Shown one piece after another: positions 24,807-36,678 of a stretch of 64,000 bases of DNA (positions are counted from its first letter, which is position 1; each line of letters opens with the position of its first letter). Both the position numbers and the translations under genes were made by a program. A model generated the notes under the pieces. It searched no databases. It saw only the letters and a list, made by a program, of their open reading frames with translations, and was not told the origin of the DNA. Origin of the DNA: Azolla caroliniana (lineage: Eukaryota; Plantae; Polypodiophyta); assembly GCA_043228905.1 (NCBI GenBank), contig JBHGNT010000021.1:10044001-10108000 (forward strand), in the 5' to 3' direction.

Positions 24807-25572
24807 CCGACCTTCATTCATCCTCCAAAATGTCCAAAATACTTTGATCTAAGGGTTCCAATGGTTCCTCAGGAAGTTGTTCTGTTGTCTGTTGTTGTTG
24901 TTCCTCCTCCTATTGTTCCTGCAGCTGTGGCTACTCTTCTTGCCGCTCCGGCTCCAGTTGTGGCTGCTGCTGGTTGACGTCCATTGCCTGCGGCTCCGTC
25001 GGTCTGACCGGCTCTGTCTCCATTTCCGGCTCGACTGGTCTTACCGGCTCTTCCTCCTTTTCCGGCTCTATCGGTCTTGGCGTCTCCTAGTTCTGTTGTC
25101 TGACGTGCACCGGTTCCGGCGGATGACTGTTATTCCTTAGGGCCGGACAATGGCCTAACACAGGGTGTCTACGGAAGACACTTCACCAAAGGGGTGCTAC
25201 AGCAAGATAATGTAAGACTCAACGATTAATCAGACTTTAATTGGTTACTTAGCAATATGGCATTAGACTTGATACACGCGTATGATAGAACAATTAGCAC
25301 AGAACTGTAATCAACACTTAGAGATAAAACAAGAAGCTCTATTAATTATCCGTCGAAGTTTTACATTGTAACCGAGCCTTTATATAGGTCACCGATGCTG
25401 AGTACAAAATGGTGCCAACCGGCACCTGTTCGGAACCGGTCTAGATCCGGATCGGCATACCGATTCCGGTCTGTATGTTCATGTCTCATAAACTACTTAA
25501 TTATAATAGATTCCGAATATACAATCCCTTTCACATTCTGGTCTTTAACTCATTTGCCGGCCGGGTAACACA

Positions 25573-25616
25573 TGGCACGCCCGTGGGATAGTACCTTGTA
25601 CGTCGAATCCCACTAT
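25573..25616 (-). other. tRNA-Arg-like 3' half (opposite-strand PBS) at the PPT position, copy 2
   Basis: Minus strand reads AATAGTGGGATTCGACGTACAAGGTACTATCCCACGGGCGTGCCA-TG|LTR. Confidence 0.72.
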
Positions 25617-25809
25617 TCGACCCTTAGTCTTCGTCCAAGATATCCAGAATACTCTGCTCCAGGGTGTCCAATGGTTCCTCGGGAATCTGTTGTTGTTGTT
25701 GTGGCTATGGCTGATGTTGCTCCGGCTCCGGCTCCTCTGACTGTTGCTCCTTGGATGGCGTCTGTCCGGCTCCCGGCACTGGAGGTTGTGGCGGTGATTC
25801 CTCCGTAAG

Positions 25810-26720
25810 CTACTCTACCGGATTTGACTCCGGTTGACTCGCCCCGGCCTTGTCTCCATCTGGTCCTTGCCCCGACGATGGCTCCTCATCGCTGAGGTTG
25901 ACGGTCGTCGCCTGCTTTGCTTCTTCTTGCCGTAGCCTGGTCCGCTCATAACTTTCAAACTGGATTTGAGCATCCAATCGATCATTGTCCAGTTGTGCTA
26001 CCAGTTGCCGGACCACTGTTGATTGTTCCTCCGCCAGAGTTACAAAGTCTTCTGCTAACTCATCTCTTACGGCGGTGAAGTCCTCCTTTGTTAGCATGTA
26101 GCAGTCGTCGCCATCCTTTTGCCGGTTTTCCGCATCCGCCCTTAGCAATTGGAGCTCGGTTGTGTGCTTTGCCCATTTGGCCCACCATTGCACGGAGCTT
26201 CAGTCAATCAAGCGTTTTGTCTTGTTCCTCCATGCCTAGAGAATGAATTGGATCCGCTAAAGTCCCATCTTCGATTTGTCCTCCGCGGCTTGCCGTTCTT
26301 CCTTCAATTGCTTGATCAGCTTCACCGTGTTCGCCACCTGCTCCTGGTAATGTGACAATTGGTTTTGGTAAGTGTTTTGCAACCTCTGCAATACCATTGT
26401 CGCTCTTTCCTTTTCTTCATAATGCTACTTAAGGAGCTCCATATGTTCCCACGCGACTTCCTCCAGTAGCGTTGTTCTTTCAGCTCGTTCTTCAGCTAGC
26501 GCTGTCTCGGCTCGATGAACTTCCTGCCGGAGCTTTGCCATCTTCTCCTACTGCTTCTTATGCTCCGTATCCAGGTGCTTATAGTCCTGGTTTAGGTGCT
26601 CAAAATCATCGGTCTTCTGCTTTAGCTTCTGGTTGAGTTGCCGGCGAGTGCGGTCTTACCGATCTTTCTGTTGATGGAGTTCTTCTTTAAGTCTTTCAAT
26701 CTCCGTTTCCGCCATTATAG
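25810..26720 (-). pseudogene. Extra coiled-coil ORF (3' part), disrupted
   Basis: AETEIERLKEEL...QWWAKWAK...DELAEDFVTLAEEQ is homologous to 28946-29760. Confidence 0.65.
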
Positions 26721-26815
26721 TCCTGGTATTTATCCTGTCTGTCATACCGGTCATAAGTGTCTCTTCGATCGCTGTACCAGACATCTTGTGCCGGCCGGTA
26801 GTGCTCCTCTTGCCG

Positions 26816-28166
26816 CTAGTGTTCTTCTTCTTCCTCCCGGTTGCTTCGTGGTTCAATTTGCCGGACCAGTGGTGCTTGCCGATTTAACAAGTTATACTCA
26901 CACCGTTCCATTGTGTGACTTCTGGAGTGGCAGAGCAAGCATTGGGAACGCATGGTGCATTCCAACGCCGAATGTCCGACATTCAGGCATGTTGTACATT
27001 GAATTGCTTGTCGGAAGCAGAGGTCCTCATCTGTCGGTAGTGCACGTTGAAGTGCGCCCAGGGTTAGCCATGAACTTGATTTTTCCATTTCCTGAACTCG
27101 GTCGATCACTTGATCTATGCTGCTGGTGCGGAAATCAATGACGATGCACACCGTTCGTAAGGGTTCCCGGAGTGCTGCTAAGAATATGGCCTTTGTTTCT
27201 TCCTCCGGTGGTGCCCGACTGAGCTGACTCTGCATCCGCTGGAACCGGATGACAAACTGTTGAATGTTCTCTGTTGGTTCCTACCGGATAATGTAAAATA
27301 GGCCTACCATTTCCCGTTGGTCCATCTCCTTGTGAAAGAAATGCAAGAATTTGGTCTTTAATGCTTCAAACGTGGGGATGGTGCTGGGATCTTGTGTTCG
27401 GTGCCATCTAGTGGCCGGCCCCTCCAGGGTCATGCCGAACTCTGCCATTTTTGAGCGTTCCTCTTCGGCCGCATTTAAGCGTTGGGACACATGGTTTGCC
27501 TCCCAGGTCTGCTGAAACGCATGAACGTGGGCTTCCGCGTTCGGATCATCCCGGTATCTGGGATATTGGAACGACATATCGTCGTCTGGTGTCGGTACGT
27601 AGGCTGGTGGTGTCGGAGGTCTTTCCCGCTCCTCTGTCGGCGTCAGAGGTCTTTCCTGCTCCTCTTTCGGTGTTGGGAGGCCTCTCCTCCTCGACTTCTG
27701 GTGTCGGAGGTCTCTCTTCCTCGACTATTGGTTCCGGAGTGTGCTTGACTTCTGGTGCCGGAGGTTCCAGTCTTGTCAATTTTGGTTCCGGTGTCGGCAA
27801 GGTATCTGACTCCTCGTCCTCTAGTCCGTCTGGGGTGTCGTTATTGCTGCGGTAGTTCGTATGCGCGTTGTATTCCCCTTCCGAATACGATTCAAAAGCC
27901 GAAAATGCTTCGGATTCGCCTTCGCCTGCTGCCAATGCTTGGAGAAGGGATTCTGCTTCCCGGAGGCTGCTTTGGCTGCTTCCTTCGTCAGGGTCGTCAT
28001 TTTGTTGTAAACGAAGTGACTCCTTGGCCACTCTCTGGATCACCTTGGAAAATGAGCGATCCGCTCTGATTTCTTCTGCCGCTTGCTGGAAAGCCTCTCG
28101 CTTCCTCAGCTGTTCAGCAAGTCTCCTTGCTCGCTGCGTAACTGGGTCATTCGTTGGTCTAGTCAT
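26816..28166 (-). pseudogene. Gypsy gag with two zinc knuckles, disrupted
   Basis: FGMTLEGPATRWH...FEALKTKFL gag core; CTTCLNVGHSALEC and CLLCHSRSHTMERC; frameshift near 27.56 kb and stop at 27281. Confidence 0.82.
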
Positions 28167-28549
28167 CCATTCCCGCCGTTGTTCGCTGTGATTGTGTAGG
28201 AATCGTGGTCACCAAAAACTGTGTTATTCCTTACGTCCGGACAATGGCCTAACACAGGGTGTCTACGAAAGACATTTCACCAAAGGGGTGCTACGACGAG
28301 ATAACTTAAGACTCAACGATTAATCGGACTTTAATTGGTTACTTAGCAATATGGCATTAGACTTGATACACGCGTATGATAGAACAATTAGCACAAAACG
28401 GTAAACAAGAAGCTCTATTAATTATCCGTCAAAGTTTTACATTGTAACCGGGCCTTTATATAGGTCACCAGTGCTGAGTACAAAACGGTGCCAACTGGCA
28501 CCTGTTCGGAACCGGTCCGGATCCGGATCGGCATACCTATTCCGTCCGT

Positions 28550-28577
28550 CCTAAACCCTAAACCCTAAACCCTAAAC
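28550..28577. repeat. Interstitial plant telomere repeat, about 4 x CCCTAAA, inside an LTR
   Basis: CCTAAA-CCCTAAA-CCCTAAA-CCCTAAA-C; absent from the sister LTR. Confidence 0.9.
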
Positions 28578-28654
28578 TACTTAATTATAATAGATTCCGA
28601 ATATACAATCCCTTTCACATTCTGGTCTTTAACTCCTTTGCCGGTCGGGTAACA

Positions 28655-28942
28655 ATGACCTTCTTGTAGCGGCTCCTCCTGAGTACTATTTGTTTGGCTT
28701 CCCCCGGCTTTAACTGGTGTTTGTTCTGAAGATGGCTCTTCGTCACTGATGCTAATCGCCGCAGTTTTCTTGACCACTTCTTGCCGTCGCCATTCCCGAT
28801 GACCTTCCTTTAGCGGCTCCTCCTGAGTACTATATGTTTGGCTTCCCCCGACTTTAACTAGTGTTTGTTCTGAAGATGGCTCTTCGTCACTGATGCTAAT
28901 CGCCGCAATTTTCTTGGCCACTTCTTGCCGTCACCATTCCCG
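28655..28942. repeat. 144-bp tandem duplication in the extra ORF
   Basis: Units start at 28655 and 28799; peptide AAISISDEEPSSEQT occurs twice. Confidence 0.85.
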
Positions 28943-30025
28943 TTCTTACTTTTCTAAACGGAGTTGGTTGTCCAACTGGTCATCATCCAGCTGTGCCACC
29001 AATTGGCATACCACCACCCTTTGCTCATCAGCCAAGGATATGAAATCATCCGACAATTCATCTTTTATTGCTTCAATGCTTTCTTTATCCAGGATGTAAA
29101 ATTCGTTGCCCTCTTTCCGCCGGTTTTCCTCATCTGCCTGCAACAACTATAGTTCTGCTGCTTGCTTAGCCCACTCCGACCACCATTGTACTGAGCTTTC
29201 TTCCACCAATTGCTTCGTTCGATTCCTCCATGCCAGTACGATGTCCCGAATCCGCCCCAGCCCCATCTTCAACTTGTTTTCCGTGGCCTGTTTTTCATCC
29301 TTCAATTGTTTGATCAGGCTTGCGGTTGCCACTTCTTGGCTTCTGTAGTGCATGAGTTGGGTCTGATATGTCGTCTGAACTCTATTCAGAGTCATTGTAG
29401 CGCGCTCCATTTCCGCATGGTGTTGCACTTGCAGGTCCAATCTCTCTTTCGTTGCTGCTGCCAGTTGTTTCTCTACTTCAGCTCCCTTCGACCGCTCTTC
29501 CATCAATGCCGTCGTCAACCGGTTAATTTCCTCCCGGAGTTCCCAACACTTTTCCTGCTGCCGGTCACTTTCGGTAGTCAATTTCTTATGATCGGCATCC
29601 AAATGCTTATAATCTCGGTGCAGTCGGTCAAAGTCGTCGGTTTTCTGTTTGAGCTTTTGATTGATAAGTCGGCGAGCGTGGTCCTCACGGTCTTTTTGTT
29701 GTCAGAGCTTTTCTTTGAGGCGCTCAATCTCCACTTCCGCCGTGCTTCGGAGTTTCTTCTTTTCTTGCAGGAGTTTGTCTTTCTCTTCTTTCAGCCGGTC
29801 ATATGCTTGATGGCCTCTTCTCAAGCTTTCCTCTGTTCGGCGGAGGCTGTCGGCCGTTCTCCTTTGTTCCTCCTCCTCCGCTTTTTTCAATTCTCGTTCC
29901 CTGGCTTGTAAGGCTTCTTGTGCTGCCAGGTCTTCCCTTAATGTGGTGAGCTCCTGTGCTGACGATTTATGAGTATCCGGGCCTACCGCCGTCACCGGGG
30001 TTTGATCGTTATGTAGAGTTACCGG
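28660..30025 (-). pseudogene. Extra coiled-coil ORF of element A, C-terminal half
   Basis: Same-frame segments 29702-29995, 29147-29602 and 28946-29146 separated by single stops; E/K/R/Q-rich heptads. Confidence 0.7.
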
Positions 30026-30865
30026 TGTTGTGAAGAATTTTGGCTAGAGGCGGAAATCGGGAAATGTTGGCTACATTGGCAGGGTGCAGCAAGTGCAGTC
30101 ACCCTTGTACATTTAGTGTGAATAACGAGGGCGCCTTTATGGCGCCAAACAGTAGTTCAGTTGGGGTTATCCCACATTGTAATGCATCCCTCTCCTTGTT
30201 CTATAAAAGGAAGGGAGTGCCCCTTTACGAAGGGGTTGCCCATTTTGTATTAGTAGGGTATACCGTTAGATGGAGAGACGTTCTCTCTTCCTCTCTCTCT
30301 CTCTTGTTTTAGGGTTTCTTCTTCTTCTCCTCCTCTACTTCTTCTTCGTCACTCTATGAGTCTAGCTTGATACCTGTAGCTTCGGTATCTACCCCGTCTG
30401 TTGTGCAAGACCCCGCTCGGCGCGACGAGCCCGTGAGCTCCCCCACCGGCGGCTTGGCAGTAGACGACTGTTGTATCTTGCTTCTTGTAAATATACCTAT
30501 GGAAGATTCTGCGTTTTTGGTGTCTGCGTGGGTGTTTTAGTGTTTCCTTACTTCTGTTTCTGTACATAAGCGTGTGTGGGGTCGGCGCTATGTGCGTGCG
30601 TGTGTTGGCCAGGGGTGCGCGCGTGTTCTTCTCTCCCTCCTTTTGGGTTGTTTCCAGCGTCCCGGAAATGGTAAATCACGACTTCCTACGCTCTGTCACT
30701 CCCTAGTCCAAGACCCCCATGGTCCCGCCCTTCTACGAGCACGCGCGAAACTTCGCGACATCTTTGGTGAACCCGACATGAAAGGGCGGCAAAGGAGGCT
30801 TACCGAGCCGAAATGATCGTCGGCCCTATAGGCCGGTTCGGAGGGAAAGACGCCACAAGTTATTT

Positions 30866-31108
30866 GGAGGCTTACCAGGCCGAAATGATCATGAGGGATA
30901 TCCCGGTGGACAGGCAGCTGTCCGAATTCCCTCGGGTGGTGACGCCGAGCATCCACGCAGAGGTGCTCGAGGTGCTGGCCGAATGCCAGACTTGGGAGGC
31001 TTACCAGGCCGAAATGATCATGAGGGATATCCCGGTGGACAGGCAGCTGTCCGAATTCCCTCGGGTGGTGACGCCGAGCATCCACGCAGAGGTGCTCGAG
31101 GTGCTAGC
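30866..31108. repeat. 129-bp tandem duplication in gag of element B
   Basis: EAYQAEMIMRDIPVDRQLSEFPRVVTPSIHAEVLEVLA occurs twice. Confidence 0.88.
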
Positions 31109-31298
31109 TGTCGAATACAAGTGTATAATGGACGTATTCACACTATCCCTTTGTATAGATCAAGTTTGGGCCATTTGTGTAATTAGCATAAATGATAGTT
31201 GCCCTAACTTTGTCACTATACATAGTGACCTTGTAACCTTTTTGTAAGGTTGGTTGTATTATTGTTTTCTATTGAATAGAAAGAGTCTTTTGTGCCTC

Positions 31299-31339
<41 letters not shown>

Positions 31340-34300
31340 ACGATCTTAGAAACTGTCATACGCAGGTACTCGAATACCTAATCGAATGCTTCTTGATCTT
31401 CCGCATCGACACGGCCTTGTCTTCAACATCTGGTATCAGAGCCTGCACAGTATTCGGTCCTTCATCCCGCTGTCGGCCGTCGTCTCAGCCTGCACAGCAT
31501 TCGGTTTCTTGCGTCATTCGAAGAAGAGAGAAGAAGAAGAAAAACGAGGCTTGCATCTTATCGCGTTAGATCATCTTCGCTTGGAGTAAGCCAGCCGGTT
31601 GTACTCTGTTCCTTGTGATCGTAACCGCTCGAGGTGAAATCCCCTTGTGCAACATTGACATGATCGTGCTCCACTCGGTTAAACGGCATCCGAAGAGGTC
31701 ATCAAACGCTGCTCGCCGCTCAGTGTGACCACTCGGTGCAGATCGGTCTCAAGACAACAACCCAAATTCGTGCTTCATCCGGCTGATCGACATTCGGGAG
31801 GATCAGTTGGATCCGTCTCTCTCGTCGCTGCAGTCACCCGAAGCAGAATCGGTCCAGACAATCGGTTTCAATAATCGGTATTTGGCATATATATTCGGAA
31901 GCGAACCGGGCTCACTCCGACTCGGCAACATTCGGGAAGACCAGTCGGTTCTGTCCCTCAAGTTACCGGAGTCAATTCGAGCAAGTTCAACAATACATAT
32001 ATCCGAAGCCGAACCGACTCGGGTCCAAATCCGACTAGAACGATATCGGGTGAGCCAACCGGCTGCACTCCAACAAGGTTCGTAGTCAACTCCGAACCGA
32101 GCTTCGTCAACCGAAACCAAATTTGATGGCATCAACATCCGGCTCGTCAGAAATGAGTCTACGAAAGTTCGGTGGATCGAACTTCAACTTCTGGAAGGAG
32201 CAAATGCAGGACTATCTCATAGTCAAGGGGCAAATCGATCCCATCGAAAATGAAGAATCTCCAGAAGGATACAAACCAATTGAGTGGCAGAAGCTGGACA
32301 GAATCGTCCGCGCCACGATTCGGATGCACCTATCGGAATCGGTATACTTTACGGTGCAATCGTGTACGACAGCATTCGAACTGTGGAAAACACTGTCGGA
32401 CACTTATGAAAAGAAGGTCGCTGCAACAAAGATGTTTCTGATCCGGCGCCTCTACAACTTGCGGATGAAAGAATCAGATTCGGTTCAAGCACATCTCAAT
32501 GAGTACGAAAGCATAAGCTCCCAAATCTCATCTCAGGGGACGGCAATCGAGGATGAACTCAGAGCAATGATACTCATGAGCAGCCTTCCCTCATCATGGG
32601 AAACTTTCGTCACAACCGTGTGCAACGCGTCAACCACGGCTGTTAAATACTCCGAAGTCACGAGCGCAATCCTGATCGAAGCAGCTCGGAGAAAGTCTTT
32701 CGCCAAAGACTCAACGAACGACGCTTATGTAGTACAAGGTTCGACAGACCGATCGAACATACGAGGAAGAGATTCCTCACGGCAGCCGAACAATCAGCGA
32801 AGACGGAGCCAGTCACGGGATAATCGAATCTGCAACTATTGCAAGAAACCCGGACACATCAAAGCCGACTGCCGCGCACTCAAGAACAAGAACGACAAGT
32901 CTCAGAAATCAGACAAGAAGAGTGGCCGGCATGAGGAGATCAATTACGTCAGCTCCTCAGCTGATGTGCTACCAAACGACCCGAATATACTATCAATCGA
33001 AAATCCAGTCGGATCAGAAGTTCTGCTCACGACTGAAGAATCGAGCACATGGCTCTTAGATTCGGGCGCGTCATTTCACGTGACTCCTCATCGATCCCAA
33101 TTTCGGCAATATACGATCCGTCACTCCGACTCAGTTCGAGTCGGCAACTCGCAACACTGTGACATCATTGGAATCGGCACAGTAGAGCTCAACCTTGCAG
33201 GTGGCTCTACACTTGTACTTCACAATGTCCGACATGTACCCGAGCTCTCAAGGCCATTGATCTCAGTCGGACAACTAGATGAAGACGGCATTCGTGCCGG
33301 CTTTTCTTCGGGAGGGTGGACACTCCACAGGGGGAACCTCCTGCTTGCTAGAGGACCCAAGATACACTCACTGTATCCGTTACACGTTACGCTCAGAGAG
33401 GGTAACCTGTTTTTGGTGGATATTCCTGTGTCATCACTATGGCACAGAAGATTAGGACACCTCAACAAGGCCGGCATTACGCACCTATCTAGAGCCGGAT
33501 ACATCCCTAAACTCTCCTTCTCGGACCATCAATTCTGCGAACATTGCCAGTATGGCAAACAAGCAGCCGCATCACACCCGACATCAGCACCAAGAGAAAC
33601 GAGACCTCTCGATTTAGTCCACTCGGACGTCTGTGGCCCAATGCCGCATTAGTCTCTCGGCGGTGCCTCTTACTTCGTCAGTTTTATTGACGATTCGACT
33701 CGAAAGGTGTGGGCTTATCCAATTCGCACCAAAGATCGTGTCTTCTCGATCTTCTCCGATTGGCTCGCTATGGTAGAAAATCAAATTGACCGAAAACTGA
33801 AATGCTTTCGGACCGACAATGGGGGAGAGTTCAAATCAGAAGAATTCGTCAAATTCTGCCGACAACGCGGCATCCGACGTGAATTTACGGCACCACACAG
33901 TCCGGAGCAAAACGGGATTGCAGAACGCATGAATCGGACAATCCAAGAACGGATAGTTTCCATGCTCCAACACTCCGGACTGTCGGATGGCTTCTGGGCA
34001 GAGGCTCTACTCACGGCAGTACACATAATCAATATGTCGCCAAGTAGACCTCTAGGACTTCAAATTCCTCAGGAACTATGGATCGGCAGTAAGCCGAATT
34101 ACGACAAGCTGAGGATCTTCGGATGCGAGGCATACGCCCTTATTCCGAAAGATGATCGCCGAAAACTTGCACCTCGGTCCAGGAAATGCATTTTCCTTGG
34201 ATATGGATCCGACGGCGAAATGGGATACCGACTCTGGGACCCCGAACGCAGACAAATCGTTCGAAGTTCGGACGTTGTGTTCAATGAGTCGGCTATGAAT

Positions 34301-36543
34301 CCATCAGTCGAAACACCGATCGAAGTCCGAAGGGTAACATTTTCCGATGTGCCGACCCTTCAAGAAGGCCCCGCTCTTAACACACGGTCAGCTTCACGGG
34401 TAGCTGAACCTTACACCACCGACTCGGACAACTCTGACTCGGCACAGCCGAATGATTCGCTTTCGGACCATCCGACCTCGATACCCGATGCGACCAGTCC
34501 AATCATACCTCGACGATCCGAGAGACTGTCGCAACCTCCGGAGAGGTATTCTCCTGGAATTTTCTTCACCGACGCCGGCGAACCGACGTCTTACGAAGAA
34601 GCATCGACATCTGTCGATTCAGCCACCTGGCATCTGGCGATGGAGTCGGAAATGCACTCCATTCGGGCAAACAAGACTTGGGATCTGGTCGAATTACCTA
34701 AGAATCGACGTGCTCTTCCTTGCAAGTGGGTTTATCGACTAAAAGAGACGTCTGATTCGACCACCCCAAAGTACAAGGCCAGATTAGTTGCAAAGGGCTT
34801 CCGACAAGAATATGGCGTCGACTTCGACGAGATTTTTTCACCAGTGGTGAAAATGACAACCCTTCGTTTTCTACTCGGCGTAGTGGCAGCCGACAACTTG
34901 GAGCTGATTCAGCTAGATGTCAAAACAGCCTTCCTCCATGGTGATCTTGAAGAGGAAATTTATATGGAGCAGCCAAAAGGCTTCGTGGCAACTGGCCAAG
35001 AACATCTAGTCTGCCGACTCAGGAAGAGTCTATACGGCCTCAAACAGGCACCGCGACAATGGTACAAGAAGTTCGACGACTTCATCCAATCGATCGGCTT
35101 CTCAAAAAGCGATGAGGACCATTGTCTTTTTACCAACACAGCTCAAGATGGATCACCCATCTTCCTCATCATTTACGTGGACGACATGCTAATTTCTGGA
35201 CGCCACGCGGGCGAACTTGCCGATCTCATTCGGCAACTGCGGTTGAAGTTTGCCATGAAGGACCTCGGTTCGGCACGACACATACTTGGCATGAAGATTA
35301 GTCGGCATCGCGATAAACGACATCTTTTTCTGTCTCAGACCGACTATATCGGACGTGTCTTGGAACGCTTCAACATGCAATCAGCCAAATCTGCTTCAAC
35401 CCCGCTCCCCATGAATCTTCGGCTCTCTCAACGAGACTGCCCGACATCCGGTCCGGAGGGGGAAGATATGAAGTCGGTACCGTATGCACCGGCAGTCGGC
35501 TCCCTTATGTACCTGATGGTCGCGACACGGCCTGATATCTCTCATGCCGTAGGAGTTGTTAGCAGATTTATGCACAATCCTGGCCGATCGCATTGGAACG
35601 CAGTCAAGCATGTGTTCAAATATCTGGCTGGCACAAAAGATCACGACGTTCTTTTCGGTCCGAACTCAACCTCAGGCGTAGTCGGTTACACCGACTCGGA
35701 CTTCGCGGGCTGTATAGACAGTCGGAAATCAACAACCGGATACTGCTTCAAATTCGGCAATGGAGCAATTTCGTGGAAGTCGAAACTTCAGGAGTGCACA
35801 GCGACCTCAACGACCGAAGCAGAATATGTAGCTGCGTCCGACGCTGCAAAAGAAGCTTTGTGGCTTGGCCGGCTGGCGCACACGTTTCGGCAAGTCGACC
35901 ATGACTCGGCTCCAGTTGTCTATAGCGACAGTCAAGGTGCTGTTGCCTTGTCGAGAAATCCGGTTCACCACAACAACGCCTCCAAACATATCGACGTTCG
36001 ATATCACTTCGTTCGGGACTGCGTCATTTCAGGGAAAATCGGTCTAGAGAAAATATCCACATCCGACAATGTCGCAGATGGAATGACCAAGTGTCTTTCG
36101 GCAGACCGCTTTCGGTCCCTTCGGCATCAGATGGGCGTAACGACAAACCAGTCTGGTTAGAGCCGGACACAACGCAGGATGGTTTCAGACAACCGACATC
36201 AGTTCCTTAATGATCGGCTTCAACTCTTCCGACCCGACCAGTCCGGTCTTCTGCCTTCGGACCCTGCCGACTCGAACAAAACTGATATGTCCGAGAACCT
36301 AGGTCTATACCTGTAATCTTAGATAACCCATGTATACGCCCATTACGGGGGAGTGTCGAATACAAGTGTATAATGGACGTATTCACACTATCCCTTTGTA
36401 TAGATCAAGTTTGGGCCATTTGTGTAATTAGCATAAATGATAGTTGCCCTAACTTTGTCACTATACATAGTGACCTTGTAACCTTTTTGTAAGGTTGGTT
36501 GTATTATTGTTTTCTATTGAATAGAAAGAGTCTTTTGTGCCTC

Positions 36544-36584
<41 letters not shown>

Positions 36585-36673
36585 ACGATCTTAGAAACTG
36601 TCATACGCAGGTACTCGAAACCCTAATCGAATGCTTCTTGATCTTCCGCATCGACACGGCCTTGTCTTCAACA
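31109..36673 (+). mobile_element. Full-length young Copia (Tnt1/Tork-like), copy C1
   Basis: 320-bp LTRs 31109-31428 and 36354-36673 (2 adjacent mismatches seen), TSD CTAGC, PBS TGGTATCAGAGC 31431-31442, PPT GGGGGAG. Confidence 0.96.
32126..36160 (+). pseudogene. Copia gag-pol with a single premature stop
   Basis: Collinear with the intact 39946-43959 ORF except CAG>TAG at 33650-33652 and small in-frame indels. Confidence 0.92.
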
Positions 36674-36678
36674 CTAGC

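Larger units (their letters stand above)
25128..28654 (-). mobile_element. Non-autonomous 3.5-kb LTR element of the same family as element A (gag and extra ORF, no pol)
   Basis: LTRs 25128-25570 and 28222-28654; 5-bp TSD ATGAC (25123-25127 / 28655-28659); PBS-like TGGTGACCACGA at 28214-28203; minus-strand TATA at ~28455-28464. Confidence 0.88.
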
